DNA of 64,000 bases from Podarcis filfolensis (Eukaryota). The notes below the pieces were generated by a model that was not told the origin of the DNA, did no database searches, and saw only the letters and a program-made list of their open reading frames with translations. The stretch lies in assembly GCA_964270895.1 (NCBI GenBank), contig OZ185440.1; one strand, 5' to 3'. This document shows positions 61,554 through 64,000 of the stretch, one piece after another. Position 1 is the stretch's first letter; every line of letters begins with the position of its first letter. The position numbers and the translations under genes are program-made.

Positions 61554-62944
61554 GTCTAGTCCCTTTCATTCTCATGTCATTTAGTACTGCAATCCATGAA
61601 GGTATTGCTTAAGGAACCTTTGGCACAAGGTAGAGAGTGTTTCTAAGTACAAAATGCACATAGGGTAGAATGTTACGATCTCAGTCTTTCAAAGGTTCCC
61701 TTTAAAGAATGTTAGAAATGACAGGTGGGTAAGCTCACAACCAATTCTCCCACCAATATCTGTACTGACTTCAGGCTTAATATAATTACTACAAACCAGC
61801 AAGTTGAAGGTGGATAACCATCTCCCAGTACAGATTTGCACAGCAAATATGTGACAGCCTTGTGGACTATAAAGGGAGAAACTCATAGAAGAATCATTTA
61901 AATGGTGCTTAATAACAAGAAAATGGGAGCACTTAAGGCAACCCCATTCAAGGTTGTTTTCAAGCTCTGAGCTTCTTTTCCAAAGCTACTTTCGGGATTT
62001 GTAGCTGGCCAGAAGAAAGGCAGATTATCAGCAGGGAAATACCCTAGCTTTTAGCTCAATTTCCTTTTAGTGTTATAATTTACCTAGCTAACCAGCTCAA
62101 TTATTCAAATTATCTAGATGCACTGTAACAGAGATGGAGTCAGCTTCTGAACAAGTCCAGAAAGGGCACAAGAGTGCTCACCAAGGCAATGAGATGCCAA
62201 GGTTCAAAGTACTGCTGCTGAGTGAGATCATCATTTTCTTAGATGGACTGGGAGTATCTAGCACATTTCCAGAACTCTAAGCTCCAGAGTTCTTAGCTGT
62301 GTTGGTGCAGCATTCTTCATGTGCAACTTGCACAGAGACCATAACAAAATGGAATAATCTTCTCATGTTTCATTGCCTTCCAAAGAGGCCCTGAATGGCC
62401 TTCTGGACACTGTTACACTCCTCACCTTTTCATTATTTGGGCATATTTGATCTCCAAGCTCACTCTATTCCCACACCCCTAGCCTACAGCAGATGCAAAT
62501 AAATCACTTCACATTATAAACACTTGGGAGTAAGGAGGAACTCCAGGAATGGGCTTTTCCAATTTTCAGTTACCTTGTGGCTACTAATTGAGTGGCATAG
62601 ACTAACTTACCTTAATTGTACCCTGACTGTTAGCAGCAATCAGCACATTGGACTCCTGGAAAACAAGAAAAGTCATCAGGGTTATGCTGCAGGCACTAGG
62701 AAGGGGACGTGGCTGCTTGTATACTTAAATCACTTTTGATTCTGAGATTCCAACTTTAAGGAGAAGTTGCTATCTGACTTATCTTTTAAAAACACTGCAC
62801 CTGAAAAAGTTAGGAAACCATTTAGAGAAAAGCAGAATGTATTTCAAAGTAACATACAAATATGAAATCACATCCAGATCTGTTTGTGTGGGAGCTAAAC
62901 AATAAATACAAAGTTTACTTTGTTTTTTAGCCACTAGTACAAAA

Positions 62945-63509
62945 GGTTCCATGATCACTGCAGATGTTGACAGCAGTCACAAAATTTTGGGAGAAAAGCA
63001 ATGACGAACCTAGACAGCATCTTAAAAAGCAGAGACATCACCTTGCCGACAAAGGTCCATATAGTTAAAGCTATGGTTTTCCCAGTAGTCATGTATGGAA
63101 GTGAGAGCTGGAGCATAAAGAAAGCTGATTGCCAAAGAATTGATGCTTTTTAATTATGGTGCTGGAGGAGAGTCCCATGGACTGCAAGCTAATCAAACCT
63201 CTCCATTCTTAAGGAAATCAGCCCTGAGTGCTCACTGGAAGGACAGATCCTGAAGCTGAGGCTCCAATACTTTGGCTACCTCATGAGAAGAGACGACTCC
63301 CTGGAAAAGACCCTGATGTTGGGAAAGATGGAGGGCACAAGGAGAAGGGGACAACAGAGGACGAGATGGTGGGACAGTGTTCTCGAAGCTACTAACATGA
63401 GTTTGACCAAACTGCGGGAGGCAGTGGAAGACAGGAGTGCCTGGCGTGCTCTGGTCCAGGGGGTCACGAAGAGTCAGACAGACTAAACGACTAAACAACA
63501 ACAACAACA
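62945..63509 (+). mobile_element. 5'-truncated Bov-B LINE, mutated
   Basis: Highly similar to 57000-57589 with small deletions and stops; (AAC)n tail. Confidence 0.93.
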
Positions 63510-64000
63510 GGTCTCAGGTGCCTTGTCTAAGCTCACCAATTGCCAAACATAAAGAGATGCTTTCAAAATGATGTTTGTTGGATTGAGTCTGTCACCTGAA
63601 CCTGGGCTCATCATTCAGTCAAGAACAAATGTTGGTTACATCTCGAAGCTAAGAAGGACACAACCACAATTTCATCTTTCATTCAATTGAGAAACCTTTG
63701 GCTTCCACTTTTAGATTTCTCAAAAGTCTAGCTCAACTTCACCTTCCTATTATATTATATTCTAGCCTAGGCATATCATGAATTTAATTTGTAGTTAGGC
63801 GCAAGATCTCTTGTCATATCAAACATTACAAATTTCCCTCTCCTCTTTCTACTTATGCCTGGCATGCTCTTTTTGAACGTATTTGTTACTTTCCCTCTCT
63901 TTCTTTAGAAATGGCTCAAAACATGTCTGCTTTTCCTTCTAAAGCTTATCTTTTGTAAAACATCCCTGCCTAATCGCATTAAAGCGATTCTTGTACACCA

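Noticed and set aside
1-64000. Most entries in the six-frame ORF track as host genes
   Set aside because: They are short, often start at TTG/CTG/GTG, overlap microsatellites or transposons, and show no recognisable domains. Only LINE and transposase-derived frames are interpretable.

Overview
Vertebrate genomic DNA, most likely from a squamate reptile and probably a lacertid lizard. This rests on Sauria SINEs, Bov-B, CR1, L2, L1 and MIR/Squam3-like SINEs; the species call is an inference. No host protein-coding gene could be named. Near 5.55-6.25 kb lies the probable 5' end of a minus-strand neuronal gene: a CpG-rich patch, a well-bounded 174-nt exon, a near-consensus REST/RE1 site, a CTCF-like motif and (CT)25/(CA)23 repeats. 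The remaining ~58 kb looks intergenic or intronic, with many transposons and a few repeat-free, motif-rich candidate enhancers. The most informative structure is a decayed ZMYM1/Tip100-type hAT transposon (~34.3-39.3 kb) split by an L1 3' fragment and by a young CR1. That CR1 has an essentially full-length ORF2 broken only by two compensating 1-bp indels. Two retroinsertions carry extra target-templated sequence at their 5' junctions, one with a 54-bp TSD. A hAT MITE carries an ~200-nt internal hairpin. Most entries in the supplied ORF track are non-coding noise. I found no clear evidence of a new multi-gene system; the findings are regulatory and transposon-level observations. All family assignments come from recognising sequence by eye, not from database searches, and coordinates without a stated TSD or TIR are approximate.
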